Source of the DNA: Lachnospiraceae bacterium
GTDB taxonomy: Bacteria; Bacillota; Clostridia; Lachnospirales; Lachnospiraceae
Reading direction: 5' to 3'
Length of the DNA stretch: 64,000 nucleotides
Assembly: GCA_900752065.1 (NCBI GenBank)
Contig: CAADTT010000136.1
Span: 34,439-98,438, forward strand
Positions 27,156-37,300 of this stretch are shown here, one piece after another. The number at the start of each line of letters is the position of its first letter. Positions within the stretch are counted from its first letter, which is position 1. Below the pieces are notes generated by a model that searched no databases, was not told where the DNA came from, and was given only the letters and a program-made list of their open reading frames with translations. A program made the translations under genes and the position numbers.

Positions 27156-28237
27156 GCCGGGATATAAAAGATAATCTTCAGAAAGCAGCCGTTTATGTTT
27201 CTGCTGGATTTACTGTGATCATCCTGCTGGTGATCATCGGGTTTATCGTGATCAAAGGTATGCCGGGAATTAATCTGCATTTTCTCACCAGCAGCTACGA
27301 TGATAAGACCACATACGTTACCGTGGAATCCCGGGCAGAGATGTCCAAAATAGTGGAAGGAGATGTGGCGGAGCTTGGAATAACCCTTCAGGCAAATGAG
27401 AAAGGAGAGCTTGCCATCACAAAGATGGAGAAAAACTCTCCTCTGAAAAACGGCAGAAATTCCAAAGAAGAAAAATATCCGGCAAAAAAGGGAGATCTGA
27501 TCACAAAAGCGGAGAAACTGGACGGTTCCACCCTGCGGCTGAAAATCGTCCGTCCCGGCGGAGGGATCGTGCCGATGACGGTCACCACGATCTATATGAT
27601 TTTGCTTTCCTTGCTGGTTGCAGCACCGGTCAGCATTATGGCTGCGATCTATCTGATCGAGTATGCAAAGCCGGGGAAGCTGATGACGGTCATTCATTTT
27701 GCGATTGAAAATCTGGCAGGCATCCCTTCTATCATATATGGGCTTTTTGGATCACTGTTTTTTGTGAAGGTGTGCGGTTTCCAGTATTCCATTTTATCGG
27801 GGGCTCTGACGCTGGCGATCATCCTGCTGCCCACTTTGATCACGACCACGGAGGAAGCTTTAAAAGCAATCCCGAAAACCTATCGGGAATCTTCACTGGG
27901 ACTGGGGGCAACAAAGCTTCAGACGATTTCCAGAGTCATTCTCCCAAATGCCCTGCCCGGTATTCTGGTGGCTGTGCTTTTGAGCATCGGACGTATCGTG
28001 GGGGAGTCTGCGGCGCTTCTTTTGACCGCGGGAACCGTGGCGCAGATTCCGAAGGCGCTTTTTGGAAACTCAGCCAGCGGCGCCACCCTGACGATCAAAG
28101 CCTATACGCTGATGAAAGAGGAGAATGACCTGACGACAGCCTGCGCCATCGGCATCATCCTTCTGGTCATCATCATCGTTCTGAATTTTGCATCGAAAAT
28201 GGTTACGAAAAAACTTTTAAATAAAAAAGGAGCATAG
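27152..28237 (+). CDS. pstA: phosphate ABC transporter permease PstA with about 90-aa extracytoplasmic insertion
   Basis: [20 protein letters not shown]. Overlaps pstC by 4 nt. Confidence 0.85.
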   Translation: MSRDIKDNLQKAAVYVSAGFTVIILLVIIGFIVIKGMPGINLHFLTSSYDDKTTYVTVESRAEMSKIVEGDVAELGITLQANEKGELAITKMEKNSPLKNGRNSKEEKYPAKKGDLITKAEKLDGSTLRLKIVRPGGGIVPMTVTTIYMILLSLLVAAPVSIMAAIYLIEYAKPGKLMTVIHFAIENLAGIPSIIYGLFGSLFFVKVCGFQYSILSGALTLAIILLPTLITTTEEALKAIPKTYRESSLGLGATKLQTISRVILPNALPGILVAVLLSIGRIVGESAALLLTAGTVAQIPKALFGNSASGATLTIKAYTLMKEENDLTTACAIGIILLVIIIVLNFASKMVTKKLLNKKGA

Positions 28238-28242
28238 CCTTT

Positions 28243-29007
28243 ATGAAAGCAAGAAAACTGCCGAAATTTACAGTAAAGGATCTAAGCCTTTACTATGGGG
28301 ATTTCAAAGCCCTGAATCAGATCAATATGGAAATTCCGGAGAATCAGATCGTGGCCTTTATCGGCCCCTCCGGATGCGGAAAATCTACATTTTTGAAAAC
28401 CATCAACCGGATGAATGACCTGGTGGACGGTGTGCGGGTAGAGGGAAAGATCTATCTGGATGACACGGATATCTACAGCGATATCGACGTGATCAAGCTC
28501 CGGCAGCGGGTCGGCATGGTCTTTCAGCAGCCGAATCCTTTTCCTATGAGCATCTATGATAACGTAGCCTACGGCCCCCGCATCCACGGAATCAAAAAGA
28601 AGGCACAGCTTGATGAGATCGTGGAACGCAGTCTGCGGCAGGCGGCCATCTGGGATGAGGTCAAAGACCGCCTGAAAAAGAATGCCATCGGGGTATCCGG
28701 CGGGCAGCAGCAGAGGATCTGCATCGCCAGAGCGCTGGCAGTGGAGCCGGAGGTGATCCTTATGGATGAGCCAACCAGTGCGCTGGATCCGATCTCCACG
28801 CTGAAGATTGAGGATCTGGCGGTGGAACTGAAGAAAAAATACACCATCGTCATCGTGACGCACAACATGCAGCAGGCCAGCCGGATCTCGGATAAAACTG
28901 CATTTTTCCTGACAGGGGATGTGGTGGAATACGGTGACACGGAGCAGATTTTCAATAATCCCAGAGAGAAGAAAACAGAAGAATATATTACCGGAAGATT
29001 CGGTTGA
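28243..29007 (+). CDS. pstB: phosphate ABC transporter ATP-binding protein PstB
   Basis: Walker [13 protein letters not shown] signature VSGGQQQR, Walker [12 protein letters not shown]. Confidence 0.95.
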   Translation: MKARKLPKFTVKDLSLYYGDFKALNQINMEIPENQIVAFIGPSGCGKSTFLKTINRMNDLVDGVRVEGKIYLDDTDIYSDIDVIKLRQRVGMVFQQPNPFPMSIYDNVAYGPRIHGIKKKAQLDEIVERSLRQAAIWDEVKDRLKKNAIGVSGGQQQRICIARALAVEPEVILMDEPTSALDPISTLKIEDLAVELKKKYTIVIVTHNMQQASRISDKTAFFLTGDVVEYGDTEQIFNNPREKKTEEYITGRFG

Positions 29008-29684
29008 TGGAGGATAAAAGAATGACGACCAGAAAAATGTATATAGCGGAGCTGGAGGAGCTGACCTGTCAGGTGAGCCGTATGGGAACCCAGTTGGAAC
29101 ACATGATCGACCAGGTCATTGAGGCGCTGAAGGAAATGGACGGGGAGGAAGCAGGAACTCTGATCAAAGAGGATGATATCATCGACCGGATGGAGCGGGA
29201 GATTGAGCGGCGCTGCATTGACATCATTGCCAAGCAGCAGCCCGTAGCGACGGACCTGCGGCGTATCTCCTCCATCATGCGGCTGATCTCCGATATTGAG
29301 CGCATTGCGGATCACTGTGCAGACATCGCAGAGCATATCATCTCGCTTTGCACCCGTCCGGAGATTCCCATGCCCAGAGGCCTCTTTGAAATGCTGCGCC
29401 ATATGCGGAGCATGGTATCCCGGACGATCAACAGCTTTATCGAAGAAAACATTGAAAATACCAGGCAGATCGTGAAAGATGACGATATCGTGGACCAGTA
29501 TTTTGCGGAAATTAAGGATAACATCTGCGATCTGATGAAAGAAAATCCGGACAATATCCAGCCATATGTTGATTATCTGCTGATCATCAAATACGTGGAA
29601 CGCATGGCAGACCATGCCACGAATATCGCCGAGTGGGTGGCGTTTATCGTCACCGGAGATCTGGAGGGGCCTTTGCATAACTGA
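29004..29684 (+). CDS. phoU: phosphate signalling complex protein PhoU
   Basis: Two PhoU repeats (E(R/H)xADHxxNIAE). Confidence 0.9.
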   Translation: MMEDKRMTTRKMYIAELEELTCQVSRMGTQLEHMIDQVIEALKEMDGEEAGTLIKEDDIIDRMEREIERRCIDIIAKQQPVATDLRRISSIMRLISDIERIADHCADIAEHIISLCTRPEIPMPRGLFEMLRHMRSMVSRTINSFIEENIENTRQIVKDDDIVDQYFAEIKDNICDLMKENPDNIQPYVDYLLIIKYVERMADHATNIAEWVAFIVTGDLEGPLHN

Positions 29685-29711
29685 GAGAATTTGGAGAGAT
29701 TTCCGCATAGG

Positions 29712-29752
29712 ACAGGGCAGCACTTTTTACGGAGGTGCTGCCCTGTTCTGTA
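29712..29752 (+). terminator. intrinsic terminator
   Basis: ACAGGGCAGCAC-n11-GTGCTGCCCTGT. Confidence 0.7.
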
Positions 29753-29879
29753 ATGCCTTAGTATGCAAGGAAGGGCGCCGGTGGCGCGCTTTCTGCATCC
29801 AGATGGAAACAAAGTTGACAAGAATATACAAACCAACTATAATAAAAACGAAAAAGGTAAGCGGGAGCGGAATATTTTC

Positions 29880-30449
29880 ATGAGAGTGATTGCAGGAACA
29901 GCCAAAAGGCTGCCACTAAAGACGGTACCGGGAGACGGGACAAGACCTACCACGGACCGGATCAAAGAAACTTTATTTAATATGATGCAAAATGAAGTAT
30001 ACGATGCCCGTTTTCTGGATCTGTTTGCAGGGAGCGGCGGCATCGGCATCGAGGCGTTAAGCCGGGGAGCAAAAAAGGCCGTTTTTGTGGAGAAAGACAG
30101 AAGAGCTGCCGCATGTATCCGGCAGAACCTGACATTTACCAGACTGGCAGACAGAGGAGAACTTTTGCAGATGGATGTGATGAGCGCTTTAAGCCGGCTG
30201 TCCGGCGGAGAGCCTTTTGACCTGGTGTTTATGGATCCTCCCTATCATGATGGATGGGAAGAGCGGGTACTCACGTTTCTGGCAGGCTCCGGACTTCTCC
30301 ATGAGGACTCTGTTGTGATCGTAGAAGCCGCTATGGAAACATCTTTTGCTTATCTGGAAGAGATTGGATTTACGCTGCAAAGGAGAAAAGAATATAAGAC
30401 GAACTGCCATCTTTTTTTAAAGCTGGCAGAGGGGAGAAAGGTACTATGA
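29880..30449 (+). CDS. rsmD: 16S rRNA (guanine966-N2)-methyltransferase RsmD
   Basis: [12 protein letters not shown]...[18 protein letters not shown]...DPPY. The upstream extension from 29763 is rejected. Confidence 0.85.
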   Translation: MRVIAGTAKRLPLKTVPGDGTRPTTDRIKETLFNMMQNEVYDARFLDLFAGSGGIGIEALSRGAKKAVFVEKDRRAAACIRQNLTFTRLADRGELLQMDVMSALSRLSGGEPFDLVFMDPPYHDGWEERVLTFLAGSGLLHEDSVVIVEAAMETSFAYLEEIGFTLQRRKEYKTNCHLFLKLAEGRKVL

Positions 30450-30928
30450 GGAGAGCAGTCTATCCCGGAAGTTTTGATCCGGTAACCTTCGGACATCTCG
30501 ATGTGATCAAACGTTCTTCAGCATTGGTGGACGAGTTAATTGTCGGAGTTTTGAATAATAATACGAAAACACCGTTGTTTTCTGTGGAAGAACGTGTTAA
30601 GATACTACTGGAAGTCACGAAAGATATCAGCAATGTACGCATCGAATCTTTTACTGGTCTGTCTGTAGATTTCGTGAAAAAATGTAATGCAGGCTTTCTG
30701 GTCCGGGGGCTTCGGGCGATTACGGATTTTGATTATGAGCTGCAGATGGCACAGACAAACCGTATCATGAATCCTGAAATTGACACCATTTTTCTGACGA
30801 CCAGTCTGGAGTACGCCTATTTAAGCTCCAGTACGGTAAAGGAAGTAGCAGCCTACGGCGGAGATATCTCAAAATTTGTACCTGAGATCGCTGTCAAAGA
30901 AATGCAGAAAAAGTATGGGAAAATATAA
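30446..30928 (+). CDS. coaD: phosphopantetheine adenylyltransferase
   Basis: [18 protein letters not shown]; overlaps the rsmD stop. Confidence 0.95.
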   Translation: MRRAVYPGSFDPVTFGHLDVIKRSSALVDELIVGVLNNNTKTPLFSVEERVKILLEVTKDISNVRIESFTGLSVDFVKKCNAGFLVRGLRAITDFDYELQMAQTNRIMNPEIDTIFLTTSLEYAYLSSSTVKEVAAYGGDISKFVPEIAVKEMQKKYGKI

Positions 30929-30949
30929 ATGAATAAGGAGAGAACGTAA

Positions 30950-31540
30950 ATGAGCAGCAGAATTGAACAAATCATTGAAGACATCGAAGAATATGTAGAC
31001 AGTTGTAAATTCCAGCCCTTGTCCTCAACGAAGATCGTAGTGAACAAGGAAGAGCTTGAGGAGCTTTTGAGAGAACTTCGCATGAAGACACCGGATGAGA
31101 TCAAGCGCTACCAGAAGATCATCAGCAATAAGGATGCGATTTTGGCGGACGCACAGGCGAAGGCGGATGCTCTGATCGCCGATGCACAGGCACAGCAGAA
31201 GCAGCTTGTAGAGGAGAGCGAAGTTATGCAGCAGGCGTATGCCCAGTCCAACGAGCTTCTGGAGAAGACGAATGCCCAGGCGCAGGAAATCCTGGATAAT
31301 GCGACCAATGATGCAAACAGCATCCGTATGGGGGCAATTCAGTACACAGACGAGATGCTGGAAAATCTGGAGAAGATCATGAGCCATACGATCGAAACGG
31401 CAGGAGGAAGATACAGCAACTTCATCAATTCTCTGCAGTCCTGCTATGATATCGTAAATAAGAACCGCCGGGAGCTTTCCCCGCAGGCGGCACAGGGAGG
31501 CTACAGCGCAGCTCCTGTGGAAGAATATCAGGAAGATTAA
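30950..31540 (+). CDS. hypothetical coiled-coil protein (196 aa)
   Basis: GGAGAG Shine-Dalgarno. The sequence is a Q/A/E-rich coiled coil (ADAQAKADALIADAQAQQKQL). Confidence 0.6.
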   Translation: MSSRIEQIIEDIEEYVDSCKFQPLSSTKIVVNKEELEELLRELRMKTPDEIKRYQKIISNKDAILADAQAKADALIADAQAQQKQLVEESEVMQQAYAQSNELLEKTNAQAQEILDNATNDANSIRMGAIQYTDEMLENLEKIMSHTIETAGGRYSNFINSLQSCYDIVNKNRRELSPQAAQGGYSAAPVEEYQED

Positions 31541-31581
31541 TGAATGCCCTGCCAGTTGGAAAAGATACATAGGATACTGGC

Positions 31582-32544
31582 TCAACTGAGAAAACAGAGG
31601 GAAAGAAAGAGCGCAAGCGCGCTGATGATGAGTTTGGAACGCACATATTTCCATAAGGAGAGATGTGCGTTTTTCATGTTCCCGGAAGATGTCTTTCCAT
31701 CTGCTTTTTGCAGTACGCTGTCGGTCTGAGCTATGGCGGACAGGCCGCCAAAGGCGGTCAGACACATCAAAAGGAGGAAGCTTGCCGGATAAGGAAAGGC
31801 TTTTATCAGGGCGGGGATCCCATTTGTGATCTCGGCCATTGCAGTTAATAATGCCTTTCCTTTTAACGGGATCGGAAGAACCTGCAGAACTCCTGCCAGA
31901 AGAGCGAAGAGCATAATATAACCGCCGACCCGGACGATTGTGATGACACCGTCTAAAATGCATACATCCACCATTCCGAAGCACAGGGGTTCTTTCAGAG
32001 GCTTCACTTCTTCCGGCAGGCTTGTGGCCTGTCCGGAACAGGCACGGCGGTAAGAGGGATTTGTCAGAATGCCATAAAATAATGGGGAACCGTAAAGGAT
32101 CACCAGAGACGGAAGCATCAGGGCGGGACGGCCAAGCTGTTCGGTCACCAGAAAGGTAATGATAAAGGATGGACTGATATTGTTGCAGAAGCCCAGCAGA
32201 TACTGGGCCTCCGGAAGCGTAAGCTGGCCTCTTGCCAGAAGATCGCTGACTGTCTTCGCTCCCATAGGGCAGCCGCATAAAAATCCCATGAACAATGCGT
32301 AGGTTCCGCCAGGGCTCAGCATCAGCGTCTTTTGAAAAAAAGGAGACAGAATCGCCACCAGAGGACGGACAAGGTCCGCACGGATCAGGATGCCGGAGAG
32401 GATCATAAACGGCAGAAGGGTGGGGAGAAGCGTGTCAAACCAGAGATGAAGCCCCGTTCTCGATGCTGTGAGAGCCTGGGATGGATACAGGAAGAGAAAC
32501 AGTAAAATAGCAGTGATTGAGATTCCATAGCAGATTTTTTTCAT
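31582..32544 (-). CDS. ylbJ: sporulation integral membrane protein YlbJ (nucleoside-recognition/Gate domain)
   Basis: The protein is polytopic and shows synteny with rsmD-coaD, as in the B. subtilis ylbH-ylbI / ylbJ arrangement. Confidence 0.7.
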   Translation of the reverse strand: MKKICYGISITAILLFLFLYPSQALTASRTGLHLWFDTLLPTLLPFMILSGILIRADLVRPLVAILSPFFQKTLMLSPGGTYALFMGFLCGCPMGAKTVSDLLARGQLTLPEAQYLLGFCNNISPSFIITFLVTEQLGRPALMLPSLVILYGSPLFYGILTNPSYRRACSGQATSLPEEVKPLKEPLCFGMVDVCILDGVITIVRVGGYIMLFALLAGVLQVLPIPLKGKALLTAMAEITNGIPALIKAFPYPASFLLLMCLTAFGGLSAIAQTDSVLQKADGKTSSGNMKNAHLSLWKYVRSKLIISALALFLSLCFLS

Positions 32545-32715
32545 GGCGGCATCCTCCTTTGTACACTATATGCGGTGCCTGTCGTTTAAGAACCGGAGTG
32601 TAAAATTGTGAAAACAGGCATGGATTTCATCAGAAAGCGCATAGAGTAATCTATGGAGTTATACGGTGCTGCCGGTCATGGAAGGGAAGCAGCCCTGTGA
32701 AAAAAGGAGAGGCGC

Positions 32716-33585
32716 ATGAAGCCGAAGGCGTTGAGAGATTATCTGTACCAAATTTTTTTTCTCCTGCTTCTGGCAGGACTGTGTACCAATCTGCTGCATA
32801 TCTGTATTTTTTTCGGTTCTGTCATGAACCTGAAAACAGATGCCGGAACCTCTGACGCTTTTCGAAGACAGGAGCTTTCAGGAAAAATCCTGGAGCAGCT
32901 TGAAAAGGCAGAGGAAAGTTCCGGGCTTTCAAAGGGGACGCTTTTGGCTTCCTGGATGCCCATACAGCATTTCAGACCGCATCCGGAAGCCGTTTTAACA
33001 GAAGAGAGCTGTGTGGAGCGTCAGGCTGTTTTTTTGAAATACCGCAGCCGTGCATATGAAAGCCTTCTCTCTCTCTATCAGGCCGTATGGGATGATCTCG
33101 TTTATTTTCCGACAGAAGCGGGCATGGCTTATGAAAATTCCTGGATGTTCGAGCGGAACTACGGCGGAAAGCGGGGGCACGAGGGGTGTGATCTGATGCC
33201 GCCGGAAAATAAAAGCGGCATCTATCCCATATTCAGCATGACAGATGGAACCGTGGAAAAGGCAGGATGGCTGGATAAAGGCGGATACCGGATCGGAATC
33301 CGAAGTCCTCACGGGGGCTACTTTTATTACGCACATCTTTCAGACGGCAGCCCCTGGATAACCGTGGGACAGAGCGTCCGCGCCGGAGATGTGATCGGCT
33401 ATATGGGGGACACAGGATATGGTCCTGAGGGGACCAGGGGAAAATTTGACGTTCATCTGCATCTGGGCATTTATGTCCGTACTCCGGAAAACCCGGAGGT
33501 GAGCGTAAATCCTTACTGGATTTTAAAAAGCCTTGAGGGTCATAAGTTGAAATACAGGCATCAGGTGTGTTATACTATATCCTGA
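32716..33585 (+). CDS. M23 family metallopeptidase (LytM domain)
   Basis: HEGCDL...H..GD.GY...H.HL motif set (GHEGCDLM, DTGYGPEGTRGKFDVHLHLGIY). AAGGAGAGG Shine-Dalgarno. N-terminal TM segment. Confidence 0.85.
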   Translation: MKPKALRDYLYQIFFLLLLAGLCTNLLHICIFFGSVMNLKTDAGTSDAFRRQELSGKILEQLEKAEESSGLSKGTLLASWMPIQHFRPHPEAVLTEESCVERQAVFLKYRSRAYESLLSLYQAVWDDLVYFPTEAGMAYENSWMFERNYGGKRGHEGCDLMPPENKSGIYPIFSMTDGTVEKAGWLDKGGYRIGIRSPHGGYFYYAHLSDGSPWITVGQSVRAGDVIGYMGDTGYGPEGTRGKFDVHLHLGIYVRTPENPEVSVNPYWILKSLEGHKLKYRHQVCYTIS

Positions 33586-33648
33586 ATCTGCATGCCGCAC
33601 TCCGTTAAATTACCGGGCGTGGATTGAAAAAAGGAGATTTATGAATTT

Positions 33649-34473
33649 ATGGAAATACAATTATGGAAAGAAATCCTGGATCCTTATGAGCTTGCCGTCA
33701 AGGAACTGATCGTCAAGTTTAACCATCTGATCCAGGAGCACCGGTCGCAGGGACTCTATTCTCCGATTGAACAGGTGCATGGAAGGGTGAAGACGATTTC
33801 CAGTATTCTGGACAAAGCCCAGAAAAAGAAGATCCGTATCGAGGATATAGAGGAAAAGCTGGAGGATATTGCAGGAATCCGCATTATCTGCCAGTTTGTA
33901 GAGGATATTGAAAAGGTGGTTGAGATTATCCGCAGCCGGACGGATATGACGGTGAAGAGTGAGAAGGATTATGTGACTCACACAAAAAAGAGCGGATACC
34001 GAAGCTATCACATGATCATTTATTATGAGGTCCAGACCTTAAAGGGATGCAAAAGGATTCAGGCGGAGATCCAGATCCGCACGCTGGCGATGAATTTCTG
34101 GTCTACGATCGAGCATTCCCTGCAGTATAAATATAAGGGCAGTATTCCGGAGCATATTCGAAAGAAGCTTATGAATGCTTCAGACGCGATCCTCCTTCTG
34201 GACAATGAGATGTCCGCAGTGCGGGGGGAGATCATGGATGCACAGAATTCCTTCCAGATACAGGCAAATCTGGTGAGCGATATTCTGAATAATATCCAGA
34301 ATCTTTATCATCTGGCAAATAAGCGGGAGATCATCCGTATTCAGGATGAATTTTACCGGATCTATGAGAAAAATGATATCGAGCAGCTCCGGCGCTTCCA
34401 CAGGCAGCTTGATATTATCGCAGAGGGATACCGTGCCCAGTCAAATGAGCACCGCTATGAGGAGAACCAATGA
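33649..34473 (+). CDS. small alarmone synthetase (RelQ/YjbM-like GTP pyrophosphokinase)
   Basis: DIAGIRIICQFVEDI...GYRSYHMIIYY...IQIRTLAMNFWSTIEHSLQYKY aligns closely to B. subtilis YjbM. Confidence 0.85.
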   Translation: MEIQLWKEILDPYELAVKELIVKFNHLIQEHRSQGLYSPIEQVHGRVKTISSILDKAQKKKIRIEDIEEKLEDIAGIRIICQFVEDIEKVVEIIRSRTDMTVKSEKDYVTHTKKSGYRSYHMIIYYEVQTLKGCKRIQAEIQIRTLAMNFWSTIEHSLQYKYKGSIPEHIRKKLMNASDAILLLDNEMSAVRGEIMDAQNSFQIQANLVSDILNNIQNLYHLANKREIIRIQDEFYRIYEKNDIEQLRRFHRQLDIIAEGYRAQSNEHRYEENQ

Positions 34474-35825
34474 AACTTCCGGAATCATATACCGCAGCTA
34501 TGAAGGAGCTGCTGGGCAATGAATATGAGGCATATCTGGCTAGTCTGGAGGAGCCAAAGTCTCTGGGACTGCGGGTGAATACTTCGAAAATATCCGTGGA
34601 GGATTTCAGGAAGATCACGCCCTTTTCCCTGACTCCCGTTCCCTGGACAGAGAACGGCTTTTACTATGATGCGGGGGTGCCCGTGACGAAGCATCCCCAT
34701 TATTATGCGGGGCTTTATTATATCCAGGAGCCAAGCGCGATGATTCCGGCATCCCGGCTTCCCGTCAACGCCGGAGACAGGGTGTTGGATCTGTGTGCGG
34801 CTCCCGGCGGCAAAGCGACGGAGCTGGCTGCCAGGCTTTCCGGTACGGGTCTGCTGGTGGCAAATGATATCAGCAATTCCAGGGCGAAGGGACTTTTGAA
34901 AAATCTGGAGCTTTTCGGCGTGGGAAATATGCTGGTCACCAGCGAGGCACCGGAAAAGCTTCTTCGCTATTTTGAGGGATATTTTGATAAGATACTGATC
35001 GATGCGCCCTGTTCCGGGGAGGGTATGTTCCGCCGGGATCCTGCTATGATCAAGAGCTGGGAGGAGCATGGCCCTGCTTACTATGCCAAAATCCAGCGTG
35101 AGATCATGGAATCAGCCGTGAAACTTCTGCGTCCCGGCGGGAAGCTTCTGTATTCCACCTGTACCTTTTCGGAAACCGAAAATGAGGGAACCATCCGGGC
35201 GCTTCTGGAGGCACACCCGGAGCTTTCGCTGCTGCCCATAAAAGGATACGAAAGTTTTTCCGGCGGAAGTCTTTCTGACTGCATCCGTGTATATCCGCAT
35301 AAGGTAAAGGGGGAAGGACATTTTGCCGCTCTGCTCCAAAAGGCAGGGGAGGGCAGGCGGGGTGTTGAAGAAAAACAGCCGGATAAAAGAAAGGGGAAAA
35401 AGCTGCCCCCGGAGCTTCTGGAATTTCTGGCGATGATTCCCAGGCTGAAGGGACGGCTGGATCATATTGAACTTCGGGAGGAACGTGCCTATCTCATGCC
35501 GGAGGACCTGCCCCCTATCCGGGGGCTTCGCTTTCTCAGGACGGGGCTTTATCTGGGCGAGTGCAGGAAAAACCGCTTTGAGCCAAGCCAGGCACTGGCC
35601 ATGTATCTTCGCATGGAAGACTTTCCCTGCGGCGTATCCCTTTCTTCGGAAGACGGCCGCATTATGCGCTATTTAAAAGGAGAATCTGTGGAGCTTTCTG
35701 AGAAGGAAGCGCCTGTGAAAAAGGGATGGGTTCTCGTGGGAACAGACGGTTTTCCTCTGGGCTGGGCGAAACTGGCGGGAGGTATGCTGAAAAATAAATA
35801 TTATCCGGGATGGAGAGTGCAGTGA
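34470..35825 (+). CDS. NOL1/NOP2/Sun family rRNA m5C methyltransferase (RsmF/RsmB-like)
   Basis: SAM motif DLCAAPGGKAT; catalytic DAPCSGEGMFRRDP...YSTCT. Confidence 0.85.
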   Translation: MKLPESYTAAMKELLGNEYEAYLASLEEPKSLGLRVNTSKISVEDFRKITPFSLTPVPWTENGFYYDAGVPVTKHPHYYAGLYYIQEPSAMIPASRLPVNAGDRVLDLCAAPGGKATELAARLSGTGLLVANDISNSRAKGLLKNLELFGVGNMLVTSEAPEKLLRYFEGYFDKILIDAPCSGEGMFRRDPAMIKSWEEHGPAYYAKIQREIMESAVKLLRPGGKLLYSTCTFSETENEGTIRALLEAHPELSLLPIKGYESFSGGSLSDCIRVYPHKVKGEGHFAALLQKAGEGRRGVEEKQPDKRKGKKLPPELLEFLAMIPRLKGRLDHIELREERAYLMPEDLPPIRGLRFLRTGLYLGECRKNRFEPSQALAMYLRMEDFPCGVSLSSEDGRIMRYLKGESVELSEKEAPVKKGWVLVGTDGFPLGWAKLAGGMLKNKYYPGWRVQ

Positions 35826-35826
35826 A

Positions 35827-36555
35827 ATGGGAAGAATACGGCTGGACAAGTTTCTGGCAAATGGAAACGTCGGAACACGCAGCGAGGTGAAAAGCCTGAT
35901 TAAAAGCGGGCGTGTATCGGTAAACGGAGAAACGGTGACAAAACCGGAAACAAAGGTTAGCGACACGGAAGACAAGATCCTGGCGGACGGATGCGAGGTA
36001 CGCTGCACAAAATATGAAACGTATCTGTTCCATAAGCCTGCGGGCTGCGTCACAGCCACGAGGGATGCCCGTGACAGGACGGTGATGGACTATCTGGATG
36101 TTCCCGGAAAGGCAAAGCTCTTTCCGGTGGGAAGGCTGGACAAGGATACGGAAGGACTGCTGTTTGTCACAAACGATGGCGCTCTGGCACATAATCTTCT
36201 GGCGCCTGGGAAGCATGTGGACAAGACTTATTTCGTTAGAGTAAAAGGACAGCTTTTGCCGGAGCATGGCATCCTCTTTGAAGAGGGACTGGATATCGGG
36301 GATGATAAGCCCACGCTCCCTGCCGTGCTCAAAATTCTTTCTTCCGGAAAGGAAGTTTCAGAGGCAAAAGTCACCATCCGGGAGGGAAGGTTTCATCAGG
36401 TAAAGCGGATGTTTGCGGCAGTGGGATGCGAAGTACTTTACCTGAAGCGTCTTTCTATGGGCTGCGTGGCGCTGGATGCATCTCTGCCGCCCGGTGCCTG
36501 GCGTCTGCTCACAGCGGAAGAGATGGAAATGCTCAGGAAATCTTCGGGCGGATGA
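35827..36555 (+). CDS. RsuA/RluB-family pseudouridine synthase with S4 domain
   Basis: An S4 N-terminus (RLDKFLANGNVGTRSEVKSLIKSGRVSVNG) is followed by the catalytic GRLDKDTEGLL motif. Confidence 0.85.
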   Translation: MGRIRLDKFLANGNVGTRSEVKSLIKSGRVSVNGETVTKPETKVSDTEDKILADGCEVRCTKYETYLFHKPAGCVTATRDARDRTVMDYLDVPGKAKLFPVGRLDKDTEGLLFVTNDGALAHNLLAPGKHVDKTYFVRVKGQLLPEHGILFEEGLDIGDDKPTLPAVLKILSSGKEVSEAKVTIREGRFHQVKRMFAAVGCEVLYLKRLSMGCVALDASLPPGAWRLLTAEEMEMLRKSSGG

Positions 36556-36598
36556 ATGAAACCTGTACCGGATGTAGTAGAATGGAGATAAATAGTTT

Positions 36599-37300
36599 AT
36601 GTTAGATGAAATACAGGCGGTCATTTTTGACCTGGATGGAACATTAGTAGATTCCATGTGGATGTGGAAGGACATTGATATTGTATATCTGAGACAGTTT
36701 GGTATTGAGCTCCCGGAAAATCTGCAGCAGGAGATTGAAGGCATGAGCTTTACAGAGACGGCAACTTATTTTAAGGAAACCTTTCAGATACCGAAAACAC
36801 TGGACGAGATCAAACAGGACTGGTATGATATGGCTTATGAAAAATATGCCCATGAGGTTCCCTTAAAGGAGGGTGCGCTGGATTTCCTGAAGTTCCTGAA
36901 GAAAAAGGGGATTCGGACCGGCATCGCTACCAGCAACGGTATCCGCCTGGTAAAAGCGGTCATGGAGGCAAATCAACTGGAGAATTACATAGATGCAGTG
37001 CGGACAGCCTGTGACGTGGCAAAAGGAAAGCCGGCTCCCGACATTTATCTGAAGGTTGCGGAGGATCTGGATGTGGAGTATGAGAGCTGCCTGGTCTTCG
37101 AGGATGTTCCTATGGGAGTTCTGGCGGGAAAAAATGCCGGAATGACCGTATGTGCCGTGGACGATGCATTTTCCAGGCATCAGACGGGAGATAAGAGGCG
37201 TTTTGCCGATTTTTATATCAATAGTTTCCGGGATATATTCAGCGGTACTTATGAAGTGCTGAATGCCAGGAACGATATTTTCGGGAACGGAAAGGAGTGA
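36599..37300 (+). CDS. HAD-IA family hydrolase (beta-phosphoglucomutase-like)
   Basis: DxDG motif ([12 protein letters not shown]) and downstream HAD motifs. Confidence 0.8.
   Translation: MLDEIQAVIFDLDGTLVDSMWMWKDIDIVYLRQFGIELPENLQQEIEGMSFTETATYFKETFQIPKTLDEIKQDWYDMAYEKYAHEVPLKEGALDFLKFLKKKGIRTGIATSNGIRLVKAVMEANQLENYIDAVRTACDVAKGKPAPDIYLKVAEDLDVEYESCLVFEDVPMGVLAGKNAGMTVCAVDDAFSRHQTGDKRRFADFYINSFRDIFSGTYEVLNARNDIFGNGKE

Noticed and set aside
28569-29723. 384-aa minus-strand ORF
   Set aside because: It is antisense to pstB and phoU, which have Walker and PhoU motifs.
31025-32278. 417-aa minus-strand ORF
   Set aside because: It overlaps the coiled-coil gene and is out of frame with the ylbJ-like membrane protein. 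Its composition is not protein-like.
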